From: Hemiscyllium ocellatum
Taxonomy: Eukaryota
DNA length: 64,000 nt
Assembly: GCF_020745735.1 (NCBI RefSeq)
Contig: NC_083418.1
Span: 25,809,776 to 25,873,775 of the forward strand
Direction: 5' to 3'
The stretch's first letter is position 1; every line of letters begins with the position of its first letter. Position numbers and translations under genes: made by a program. The notes below the pieces were generated by a model. That model ran no database searches and was not told the origin of the DNA. It saw only the letters and a list, made by a program, of their open reading frames with translations. Positions 1 through 11,155 of the stretch are shown here, one piece after another.

Positions 1-157
1 GTGTCACTTGCTGGAAATGCATTTATACAGACTTTAAGTCAGAAAAGAATTGGGCTCAACCATGCTACTATTCATGGTCAAATAGCTCTTTGAACAAAGA
101 CAGTGAATTTTAGTCTTGAGAAATTGCCCATTTTCAGAAGACAATCTATCCTTTTAA

Positions 158-602
158 AAGTTAAAAATCACACAACACCAGGTTATAGTCGAACAGGTTT
201 AATTGGAAGCACAACAGCTTTCGGAGCACTGCTCCTTCATCAGGTGGTTGTGGAGGACACAATTGTAAGACACAGAATTTATAGCAAAAGTTTAGTGTGA
301 TGTAACTGAAATTATACATTGAAAACTACCTTGATTGTTTGTGGAGTCTTTCATCTGTTAGAATGACCATGATAGCTTCACTTCTTTTATATGTAAATCA
401 AAAACTTTTTTTAAAAAGTTACATTCTCAAATTAACTGTAACAATTGGTGTCAGCCAGATAATATGTTGAAGGTGTTAGCCCCCTGTGTTCCCTGTCTGT
501 GCCATAAGCTAATGTTTCCAAATAAACCTGTTGGACTATAACCTGGTGTTGTGTGATTTTTAACTTTGTACACCCCTGTCCAACACTGGCATCTCCAAAT
601 CA
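158..602. mobile_element. PLE-derived fold-back element, family B
   Basis: Inverted arms (158-212 versus about 512-567) plus a one-sided tail; 11-bp TSD TATCCTTTTAA at 147-157 and 603-613; HHR motif at 216-246 (-). Confidence 0.8.
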
Positions 603-2224
603 TATCCTTTTAATGCTATCCCAATAAATTATGTCTTTCCTAGATTACTTTCTCAATCAGGTGTGCACACATACACATTAAATGTATGTTCAAAGTTTCT
701 CAATATTAAGAAAAATTATGAGTAGAAACAAAAAAAAAATCAATAAATACAACTACAACTTAAACTCAACTTAAAGTTTACAATGGCAGTTGCACAAATG
801 CAACTGTTTAACAAGGGAATAAAACAAATGACCCAATATTATTTGTCAAAACAGCGGCAATATTGAATTTATTCCAGCTTCAACATCAGTCTCAAAACAA
901 ATGAACAGTGGAAATTAATTAACCTTTCTCAGGTTTAGAAATGCCTGATAGCAAAATGTTTTGTTGAAAGCATGTTTTTTTTTTGTATAAATAAGTTAAT
1001 AGATTCCTCAACAGTTTCTTTGAAGATTCATTTGGGTTCACTGTGAGAATTTCCACCAGCCTCGAACAGTTCAATGTTTACACTGGGGTTAATTTTAATA
1101 AGCAGTTTGAGACTGCAAGGTCAGGACATTTCCTTGTTCCACACAGTCGCCCTTTTGCTGACTTTGATGGATTACACTATGTATTTCTAAGTGAATCCTT
1201 AGTAATAGATTCCAATATTTTCTGATGGTTGATGTGGTCTGTGACTCTCATTTCCTCTCTCCATCCTGGCTTTCTTGAAGGATGATATTACGCTTAAAGA
1301 CATCCAAACTGCTGGCACTGCTCTAAGCAGTTCTGGAAATTCATAACTGGTGCATTTTAAAGCCTGAGTGTTATTTACTGCTCTGTTGAAGACTGCCATA
1401 TTTGTCCACTTGAGCACACAGAGGGTCTGAGCGTGTGCAATAGACATTGCAGAGAAAACAGCAAGAAAAATGGATTGGACTGCAGCAGTAACACTTGAGT
1501 ATCTGCCCTTATCAAGAACTTTACAGCTAGATGTAGATATTCAGGTTTTTAGGATTTGTGGGTTTTTAGGACTTGAAGACTCTTCCAAGTTTTTCTCTGA
1601 GCTGATACAAGAATAAAAGAAACAGGAGCAGGACCGGGGTGGGGGCATTTGACATCCATAACCATTGACTGTCTTGTAGATGAAGAATTCGTCTCAAATA
1701 TAATCAATGATCCAGTCTCCACTCTACTCTGGGTACAGAATTCTAACATTCACAGCCTTCCGGTGGAAGAAATTTCTCCTCATCCCTGCCTTTAGTGAAA
1801 TGTATTTTAGTTTGAAACTCATTTCTGCCCCCAAATTAATTATTTTAAGCACCTCACTCTTATTGGCCCCTTTTATTGACCTATTTCTGGTACATAAATA
1901 ATTGTTCAATGCAACAGATGATATAAAAGAAAAAGCAAGCTCATAAAATGATAGATCTTCACACCCCTCATCGATTTTTTGTTTTCCCTTCTTCTTCTCC
2001 TTCAAATGTACTGTATATCATTCAGGGTAAGTGGATTCCTTTGTCTGGTGGCTTTGCTCTTTGGCAGATGCAGGAGTACAAATGAATTGAGTCAACCCAA
2101 AGTTTACATTCCCATCTGTATCCCTAACATAGTCAACCATGGATCACAAACCCCTACCTCTGTGTGCTTACATGTGCCATCTTAAGGTGCAAGCTTGCAT
2201 TTTATCTACTAATGCTGCAACCTG

Positions 2225-3146
2225 TTAGCATATCAATGTGGTATGCAACAAGTCAGCCACCGACATTCCCACCACCTCCAAAAAGACTCCACCACCAGGG
2301 ATATATTTCCCTCCCCACCCCTTTCCGCATTCCGCAAAGACCGTTCCCTCCGTGACGACCTGGTCAGGTCCACGCCCCTCTACAACCCACCCTCCCACCC
2401 TGGCACCTTCCCCTGCCACTGCAGGAACTGTAAAACCTGCGCCCACACCTCCTCCTTCACTTCTATCCAAGGCCCTAAAGGAGCCTTCCACATCCAAAGT
2501 TTTACCTGCATATCCACTAATATCATTTATTCTATCCGTTGCTCCCGATGTGGTCTCCTCTACATTGGGGAGACTGGGCGCCTCCTTGCAGAGCGCTTTA
2601 GAGAACATCTCTGGGACACCCACACCAATCAACCACACCGCCCCATGGCCCAACATTTCAATTTCCCCTCCCACTCTGCCGAGGACATGGAGGTCCTGGG
2701 CCTCCTTCACCACCACTCCCTCACCACCAGACGCCTGGAAGAAGAACGCCTCATCTTCCGCTTCGGAACACTTCAACCCCAGGGCATCAATGTGGACTTC
2801 AGCAGTTTCCTCATTTCTCCTTCCCCCACCTCACCCTAGTTCCAAACTTCCAGCTCAGTACTGTCCCCATGACTTGTCCGGACTTGTCCTACCTGCCTAT
2901 CTCCTTTTCCACCTATCCACTCCATCCTCTCCTCCCTGACCTATCACCTTCATCCCCTCCCCCACTCACCTATTGTACTCTATGCTACTTTCTCCCCACT
3001 CCCACCCTCCCCTAGCTTATCTCTCCACGCTTCAGGCTCTCTGCCTTTATTCCTGATGAAGGGCTTTTGCCCGAAACGTCGATTTCATTGCTCCTTGGAT
3101 GCTGCCTGAACTGCTGTGCTCTTCCAGCACCACTAATCCAGAATCT
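2225..3146 (+). mobile_element. Penelope-like element (Neptune-type) 3' fragment, family A, with GIY-YIG endonuclease ORF
   Basis: ORF 2243-2839 has a Cys-rich CHCRNCKTC linker, IIYSIRCSRCGLLYIGETGR (GIY-YIG), RFREH, QHFN and the terminal GINVDF. A pyrimidine-rich pseudo-LTR with an HHR motif follows. Confidence 0.9.
3049..3084 (+). ncRNA. Minimal type I hammerhead ribozyme motif (family A)
   Basis: attc CTGATGA a GGGC-tttt-GCCC GAAA cg TC^ gatt: complete catalytic core, stem II, palindromic ACGT at stem III and a GUC cleavage triplet. Confidence 0.8.
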
Positions 3147-3799
3147 CTATTATAGTGTCCATTTACAATTGCAAACAGCAGTTGAATCAATAGAAACCAA
3201 ACAAAGCATTTGCATTTGATTTAGGAGGTATCGACAATGCTTAAAACTAAGTAAAAAAGCCATTTTGTGATAAATAAAACCTTTTCTGGTGTTCCTTTTA
3301 TACTCTGGAGCAACAAATTTGCTTGTCTGAATCCAAGGAGATGCACTCAATTTTGCATGGAGTAGTTTTATAGCACTTTGCTTCGGTTACCAACTCAAGT
3401 TTGTATGATTCAAGAGAGGCCTGGGTGGGGCTTGTGTTTGATTTATTGCACACATAATTCTACATGTCCCAACAGTGCTAGCTCAGTCTGAGTTTAGACA
3501 CAATTACTATATTACATTACAAAAGATCACTAAGTTCATAACCCTAGCTTAAAATGTCTCGGCTGTAAGAACTTGTACAGACATGTTTTGAAACATAGAC
3601 AGGAGCAAGCTGCTAGCGTTCAGCAGAGACTGTTACATTAATTGAGGACAAGTGAATGCAATATAAAATAATCACAACCCAAGCACCAGCATTGGGAACC
3701 TCTGTTTTTCAGTTTTGCAGCAAACAAATAGTAAAAAAGGATTAAAGTCTTTTCATTTGAAGGCTTTCAGCATTTGGAACAAGATGGATGAATTGATAG

Positions 3800-4840
3800 C
3801 AAAATGAAAATAAAAAAAATGTGACATGAAACCCGTTACAGAGACTGTTGCAAGGTGACCAAGATTGGGGCTTCAGTATTGGATATTTCAGAAGGACAGG
3901 TGGAAAATGAAAAGGAGGTGGTGTAGCTCAGTTAATAAAGGATTAGATTCAGTGTGGTTGTGAAAAGTGATCTTGCTTCACAAAATTGAAGATGCAGATA
4001 CAGTTTAGATGGAAATAAGGAATAGCAAAAGGAAGTCACTGGTGGGAGTATTTATAGGCTCCCAAACATAAACTACACAGGCAGGATATTACATTAAGAA
4101 ATAGAGGGGACTTACAAGAAAACTGCTACAATACCATGACGGACTTCAAACTTGTCTCTGACTGGAAACATCAAATTGCCAAAGGTAGCCCAGAGGATGA
4201 GTTAAAAATATATTTTTGACATAAAATGTATTATTCTAAGAAGGTAACTGGTTATTTTGAATCTAGTTATGCAGGAGATTGAAATAAAATAAAAACCTCA
4301 GTGTAAAAGGATCCTACTGGCAAAAATGATTGTAGAATTTAGTTTAGCGGTGAGAATAGTGGGTCCTCATGTATCAGACTTAATTAAATACATTAATAAA
4401 ACAGAGTTGGCTCAAATGTACTTGGCAAATGAGTTCAAAGGGAAGATGGTAGAGAAATACTGGCAGACATTTAATGAGATATTTCATAAATTCTTAACAA
4501 AGTTACACCAGTAAGGAAGACGACTCGTAGAACCTTTATACAAGATTGAAGGAAAAGGCATATAATGCTACGAAGATTAGTGGTAGGTCGGAAGATTTTT
4601 AACAATTGCAGAAAGCAGAAAAGGATAAATTGAAAAACAAACAGGGAGGGATTGGGAAATGAGAGAAAATTGGTAAAAAAAAATAAAAATAGAAAGTAAA
4701 AGCCACTGCAAGTATAAAGGAAGAATAGTTAAAGAAAATGTTGGACCCTCAGAGGATGGGACTGGCATCTTAATAATGGGGAAAGAGGAAATGGTATGGA
4801 CTTGGAACATATATTTTATGACTGTCTGTCTCCACTGTAG
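3800..4840 (+). mobile_element. Old CR1 LINE ORF2 fragment
   Basis: Degenerate similarity to the 12860-14400 copy. Confidence 0.6.
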
Positions 4841-5889
4841 AAAGTTAAAAATCACACATCAGGTTATAGTCCAACAGGCTGATTTAGAAGTATTAGCTTT
4901 CAGAGGGGAACTCGTGGGACAGGATCATAAGACACAGAATTTATAGCAAAAGATCACAGTATCATGCAATTAAAATGTTATATTGGACAAACCTAGATTG
5001 CTGTTAAGTCTTTCATCTTTTAGAATGGTTGCAGGTTTAATTTCATTAATATGTAAATCCCAGAACTTCTTTTCAGTCATGTTCTCCAGATAACTTAAGT
5101 TTTTATAAAAAAAGGTGACGTCTGAGTTCAGTCAATGCATTAAAGAGGTTAGAGTCTGTCTGTATCCCAATCTTAAGTCAGACTGTTTCTATTTCCAAAG
5201 TAGGAATTTATAAAAATGTTATATGGATTCACTGCCTGCAGGTCGTGTGCTTTTTGAGCAAAAATAGAATGTATCTGCAGATCAATTCTGCAAATCCAAA
5301 TATTAATACATTGTGCCCTCACTTCCTTAACATCTGATGGCAAAAAATTTGCTTCAGTTTCCACAATTTCCGCTCAGCTGCTAACAATCATTGCACAATT
5401 TCCTTTTCCCTCCCTACGGCATTTTCATATTTGAATTCAGCCATCATAACAATAGCTTAGTTCACCTCTTCAAAGCCAGAGCAGATGAGAGAAATGTGTT
5501 CAAAGCAGATAAACAGCTTACCAATCAAATGTTATGGAATTTAAGAGGAATCTTTCAGGGCTTCCATGCCGAATAGATTCTCATTTAGTGTGCCTGTTTG
5601 GAGCAGGTTTGTTTAGGAGGAAAGCTGTTAAAATTCCCAAAGCCAATATGCAAGAATGGATCAAAGTATCTGCTCCATAACTGGGCTTTTGAGGTTACTT
5701 GAGTGCACAAAGCCTAGCTTAGAGTAAAATGCTGGTCTCAAAGTCTGACAGCCAGTTTACTGTGCTCTGGACACCATTGCAAGCTGTTCCACTCACTCTT
5801 CCTCCCTCTTTGTCAATAGCACCAGTCAGTTCTGAAGAGTCACATCACAAATCAAAACATCCACTTTCTCTCTCCACACTTAGAAAATC

Positions 5890-6250
5890 ACCGAGGGGTA
5901 TGGATAGGGTAAATAGGCAAGGCCCTTTCCTTGAGGTAGGGGAGTCCAGAACTAGAGGGCATAGGTTTAGGATGACAGAGGAAAGATTTAAAAGGGACCT
6001 AAGGGGCAATGTTTTCACACAGAGGATGCTACATGTATGGAATAAGCTGCCAGAGGAAGTGGTGGAGGCTGGTACCATTACAACATCTAAAAGGTATCTG
6101 GATGGGTATATGAATAAGAAGGGTTGAGAGGGATATGGGCCAAGTGCCAGCAAATGGGACTTGATAAATTAATTTAAGATATCTGGTCAGCATCGGCAAG
6201 TTGAACCAAAGGGTCTGTTTCCATTCTGTACAAGTCTAGGCCGCTATGAT
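5890..6250 (+). mobile_element. CR1 LINE 3' fragment
   Basis: SRTRGHRF...FTQRMLHVWNKLPEEVVEA C-terminal CR1 motif and tail. Confidence 0.85.
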
Positions 6251-7104
6251 CTGCTGAGATTCAATAGCACTTTATTTCAGATTATTGTGCCAATATAGCA
6301 GTGTGCTGTATATATAACTTGACATGTTAGCTGCTGTAAAGAAGTGCTCATTAAATTAGGAATGCAATACGAATAGGAGACTTTGTAATTAGTAATGAAA
6401 GTACTATCTAACTTAGCTAGGTCAAGTAATCCAGGTGCTCTGTTGCCCCCAGGATGCAATAGCAGGGAAATTTCAGAAAGACTGCAAGGGAATAGACACT
6501 GCAACTAAACACAGGCAATGATGTAGGAGTTAATAAAACAGGAAAGCAGCAGAATCATTCTGACATTATTCTCTCTCTCTGGATGTGGGACTATTGATGA
6601 GAAATCTTCTGGTTACACTGAAGACAACAGCTGAAAAGACAACCATGGGCATAATGGATAAATCAGAGTGTGTCTCACCATTTAAACTTGTCAGAAACAA
6701 ACAAATCTGTAATACCAAGTAAAGGATTGTAAAAACTGAGGTCAATAGAAGAATAACAATTTCATCAAGATGATTACCAGGCTGAAGGAACATAAGGGTG
6801 TCAATTAGGAAATTAAAGTTGACGAGTCACAAGAGGGGATAGACATAAAGAAATAAAGATTTGAGTTGAACAAAAAAGGCAACTATCCTATATAAAAAAA
6901 AAGATTTAAAGCCTGTATTGCAATGCAGTGTGGGCAAAGTACAAGCAATTGAGTCACTGGAAGATATAAATTTAATGGCATAATAGAAATGTCACCACAA
7001 ACTGGCCAGGAGTCGAAAACAAAACAATCAGATTTTTTTTAAAAAAGGGACAGTGTAAGAGAAAAGAAGAGGAGCAGTAATGATGTTGTGGAAGAGAAAA
7101 ATAT

Positions 7105-7430
7105 AGATTAGGTTCCCTACAGTGTGGATCAGGCCATTTGATCCAAAAGGTCCACACTGCCCTCTGAAGTAATCCACCCAGACCCATTCCCCTATCCTAT
7201 ATTTACACCTGACTAATGCATCTAACACTATGGTTAATTTAACATGGCCAATTTACCTGCCCTGCACAGCTTTGGATTGTGGGAGGAAACTGGAACACCC
7301 AGAAGAAACCCACACAGACGTGGGGAGAACGTGCAAACTCCACACAGACAGCCGCCCGAGACGGGAATCTAACCTGGGTCCTTGGCACTGTGAGGCAGCA
7401 GTACTAATCACTGAGCCACTGTGCCACCCA
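7105..7430 (-). mobile_element. tRNA-derived SINE (HE1-type elasmobranch SINE)
   Basis: Pol III A/B-box head (GGCACAGTGGCTCAGTG...GGTTAGATTCC), conserved core and CR1-like 3' tail. Confidence 0.8.
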
Positions 7431-7615
7431 GATATAGGCAGAGAGCACCAACATTCCAAACGCATAGGATATAATTCACAGAAGTCACAAAAGGTCACAG
7501 GTTAAAAAAAGGAATGGATACATTTGTGCAGTTCTACTACAGATTCTCTTCCATTTACATTTCATGGTTGGGTAAGTCAGTAAAAGGATTAGGGAGGCGA
7601 GAAAGAATACCCAAG

Positions 7616-7821
7616 ATCAGAGTAGTGCTGGAAAAGCACAGCAGATCAGGCAGCATCTGAGGAGCTAGGCAAAAGCCCTTCATCAGAAACTGTTGATGAA
7701 GGGCTTTTGCCCGAAACGTCAGTTTTCCTGTTCCTTGGATGCTGCCTGATCTGCTGTGCTTTTCCAGCACTACTCTAATCTTGACTCTCATCTTCAGCAT
7801 CTGCAGTACCCACTTTCACCA
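7616..7821. mobile_element. PLE-derived fold-back element, family A
   Basis: Palindromic body with a one-sided tail; perfect 16-bp TSD AGAAAGAATACCCAAG at 7600-7615 and 7822-7837. Confidence 0.85.
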
Positions 7822-8812
7822 AGAAAGAATACCCAAGCGGGGATGGGACATGAATGCAGATTAGAGAATCAAATTCTTAGAAATGAATGCAAGTAATAAA
7901 TATATATATATATGGTATTGCTAATCTAATTACGAATTGAAATAGTTACGTTCGGAATTAAAATGTGTGAAGGATTCAGTAATGTTGATAGTTGTATTTT
8001 AGCATTCTACTGAAAATTGATAAGTGCTGGAAAATTGGAGTGTGACCAATACAATATCAAATTCTCAAAAAGACAGAGCTAACTTGCAAAATGACATGCC
8101 AATTACTCAACATAAATATAAAATAATAAAATTGCAGATGCTGGAGATCTGAAACAAAAACAAAAATTGCTGTTGAAACTCAACAAATCTGGGAGCATCT
8201 GTAGGAAGAAAGCAGAGTTGAAGTTTTGAGTCCAGTACTTTACCCTCTCGTAAAAAGAGAGTCACTGGACTCAAAATGCTAGGGAGTCACTCCAGCAAGT
8301 TCAGTTTTAGTCCACATCAATAGTCAGAGAAATTATGGATGCTTAAACTTGAAGATGAAATTCTTCAATTTCAAACTGGACAATATGATTGGAAACAGCC
8401 ACATATCTCCGAATGGAAACTCAATATTCGATAGATCTAGAGGAGTTGTTTGGAAGGTACAGATACAAGAGAAATGCTGTGGATGTGATGTACATGAACA
8501 AAAGATATTTCAGGGGATTACAGGAAAGCATTTTAGAATTAATTAAGAATTTGTAAGAAGATTAGCAACCTGGATTAAAGCAAAAGAAACATCCTGTGGA
8601 TGCTAAAAATATGAAGTGAAAACAGAAAATGTTGAAAATACTCAGTAGATCGACAGAATTGATGTTCTGAGTCAGACATGTCTCTTCAAGAGAAATTAGA
8701 TCCAACTCAAAACGTTAACGCTTTTAATCAAGTTGAGAGAGAAACAAGCTTGTTAGAAGTGAGGAAGGGGAAAGTAGCCATCAGAAGCAGTTCCCAAGTG
8801 GTTGTTATTAAT

Positions 8813-9055
8813 AATTTGGAGATGCCAGTGTTGGACTGGGGTGTACAAAGTTAAAAAAGAAAAATCACACAACATCAGGTTATAGACCACCAGGTTTAAT
8901 TGGAAGCACTGGCTTTCAGATTAAATTTGAAGATGAAATTTCAAAACTGGACAATATGAATAAATCAACCACCTGATGAAGGAGCAGTGATCCGATTAGT
9001 TAGTGCTTCCAATTCAACCTGCTGGACTATAACCTGGTGTTGTGTGAATTTTGAC
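8813..9055. mobile_element. PLE-derived fold-back element, family B
   Basis: Inverted arms; 12-bp TSD GTTG(T/C)TATTAAT at 8801-8812 and 9056-9067; the loop holds foreign sequence. Confidence 0.8.
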
Positions 9056-10922
9056 GTTGCTATTAATGGTATTATAAATGTATTAAGGCTAAAAGATACA
9101 AAAAGGTGAAGGGCACTGATTACATGTACTCAAGGCACTTAATCAAAGAGAAACTCACATAATATTCAATCCAATTTAGTGGACTACATTTCATTTAAAG
9201 CGGTTTTTGTTTTGACACACGTGTAAAGTCACATTCTGTCAATAAATCTAGTAAAGTAAATGATTGACAGCTGGTTTCATATTTCACCATTTGGCTTTAA
9301 AATAAATTAACAGCTGAAGTGTTCTTTTCCCCAGAAAAAAAGTCCATTACCTCTGTCACTCTCTCAGGGTAATGGATCTGCTGCAGAGCACACAGTCACA
9401 ATGTATCTGCTGCTGAGGCACAAGTATAATCACAAGAACTTAACATCTCAACAGCTGCATGCAACCTGAAGACTAATTCCAGAAAACCACACTGAAGTCA
9501 CACCAACACAACCTCATCAACAATATTAAACTAAACCAATGACTTCCTGACTGCGATTGGAGTTGTGTCACTGTTATTTTACTGTACAACTTTGTGGTTG
9601 CAAAGTCCCACGGAAACTTAGCTAATACTGTTCATCAAAAAGCATTGCACCTACAGCATGTTCCAAAATATGTGTCTGTGTGTCTGATGGGCAGCACGTG
9701 AATCTGACCCCTCCAGAAACATTCTCTGATGTGTATGGTCAATACGAGAGAAGTCACTCACTCACCTCAAATAGAATGGAGGGAAAGTAGGAGAAGTTGC
9801 TTCTCCAATCACAGGTTGTTCCTCTCCCATATTTGCTGCCAGGATGGGAGCTAGAGGTTGGGGACAGGAAGAGACCGAGAGCTGCCATAGATGTGCATTC
9901 AGCTAACCAAGGGACTAGAAAAATCACTGAGTTGTTAATGAATTACTTCCCAACAAATGTGAAATCTCTTCCATAATACTGCATGTATTCAACAGTCACT
10001 ATACATGACAAATCACATCAGTGAATTCTACTGTAACCAACACTGTGCTAATTGTTAAATTTAAATCAGAAACTGACACCCGAGATGCAGTAAAAAAAAA
10101 GTGTTGTAACTACCTGGTTAAAGTATTTCAATGTTGTGAATACGCAATTGAAAAGCATTAGCTGTGACTTCACTCAAATGGATGGCGTATTTAGGGAGAT
10201 GGTTTTTCTCTTTGTAGAAGTCTGTATCTAGTTATTTTGAATAAAAAGAGACTTCTGCTGCTAACTTACACCGGTTGTCTTGTGCCAACTTAAATATTGT
10301 CACATGTAGAAATCAATGCTTTCCTTGTGTGGTGTGGTTTCAAATTTAATGGACAATTGATATTTGAGGATAGAAGACTTTTTTAAAAAAAAATCTGCTT
10401 CTGAGAGAATCCAAAATGTCCCACACTTCAACACAAACAAAATAAATAAATGCTACAATGTGACTGCATCACCCAGTAAAGGATTTCATTGAAAAAAGTA
10501 GCTCCTGGAAGCCAAATGTAAGCTACACAAATAAATATGTAGATACATTTTGTGGCTTAGTACTTTAAAAAAAATCCTTACTGGTTCAAATCATTTAAAA
10601 AATTCATTTCATCAGACCTCTGACACATTTCTTTTTAATCCTTTCAGTTTCTGAATCTAGCTTTAACCCAATCTAAACAGTATCCACTTGCAACAGCACA
10701 CTCTCATATCTATTGGAAATTATCACACTTTGATATAAATACAAACCATTGTTAAAGATCTCTAAGTGACACAGAACTTTTCGGAGCTCAATAAATGTTT
10801 CAGGTTTGATCTAGTCCATGAAAGGGTATAAGTGTCTTATTATATTTTAGCCAGTAAATGGGGGAAAACATTTTTGGGGAAAAACAGAATTTCAGTCAAT
10901 GCAGAAACAACTTAAAACACAG

Positions 10923-11155
10923 CAACAAAAGCAGAAATTGCTGGAAAAACTCAGAAGATCTGGCAGCATCTGTACAGAGTTAATGTTTCAGGTCCAATGA
11001 CTCTTCCTTAAATCTCCATTCTGAGGAAGGGTCATTGGATTCAAAATGTTAACTCTGATGTCTTTCCACAGATGCTGCTAGACCTGCAGAGCTTTTCCAG
11101 CAATTTCTGTTTGTTACTGACTTCCAGCATCCACAGTTTTGTTTTGGTTTTTACC
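10923..11155. mobile_element. Older PLE-derived fold-back element related to family A
   Basis: Inverted arms (AAATTGCTGGAAAA...CAGCATCTGT versus ACAGATGCTG...TTTTCCAGCAATTT), a degenerate CTGAGGA core, and a flanking AAACACAG duplication. Confidence 0.7.

Noticed and set aside
2225-2939. Alternative-frame ORFs (233 aa plus, 183 aa minus) over the PLE
   Set aside because: Shadows of the GIY-YIG frame in C-rich sequence; only 2243-2839 has domain motifs.
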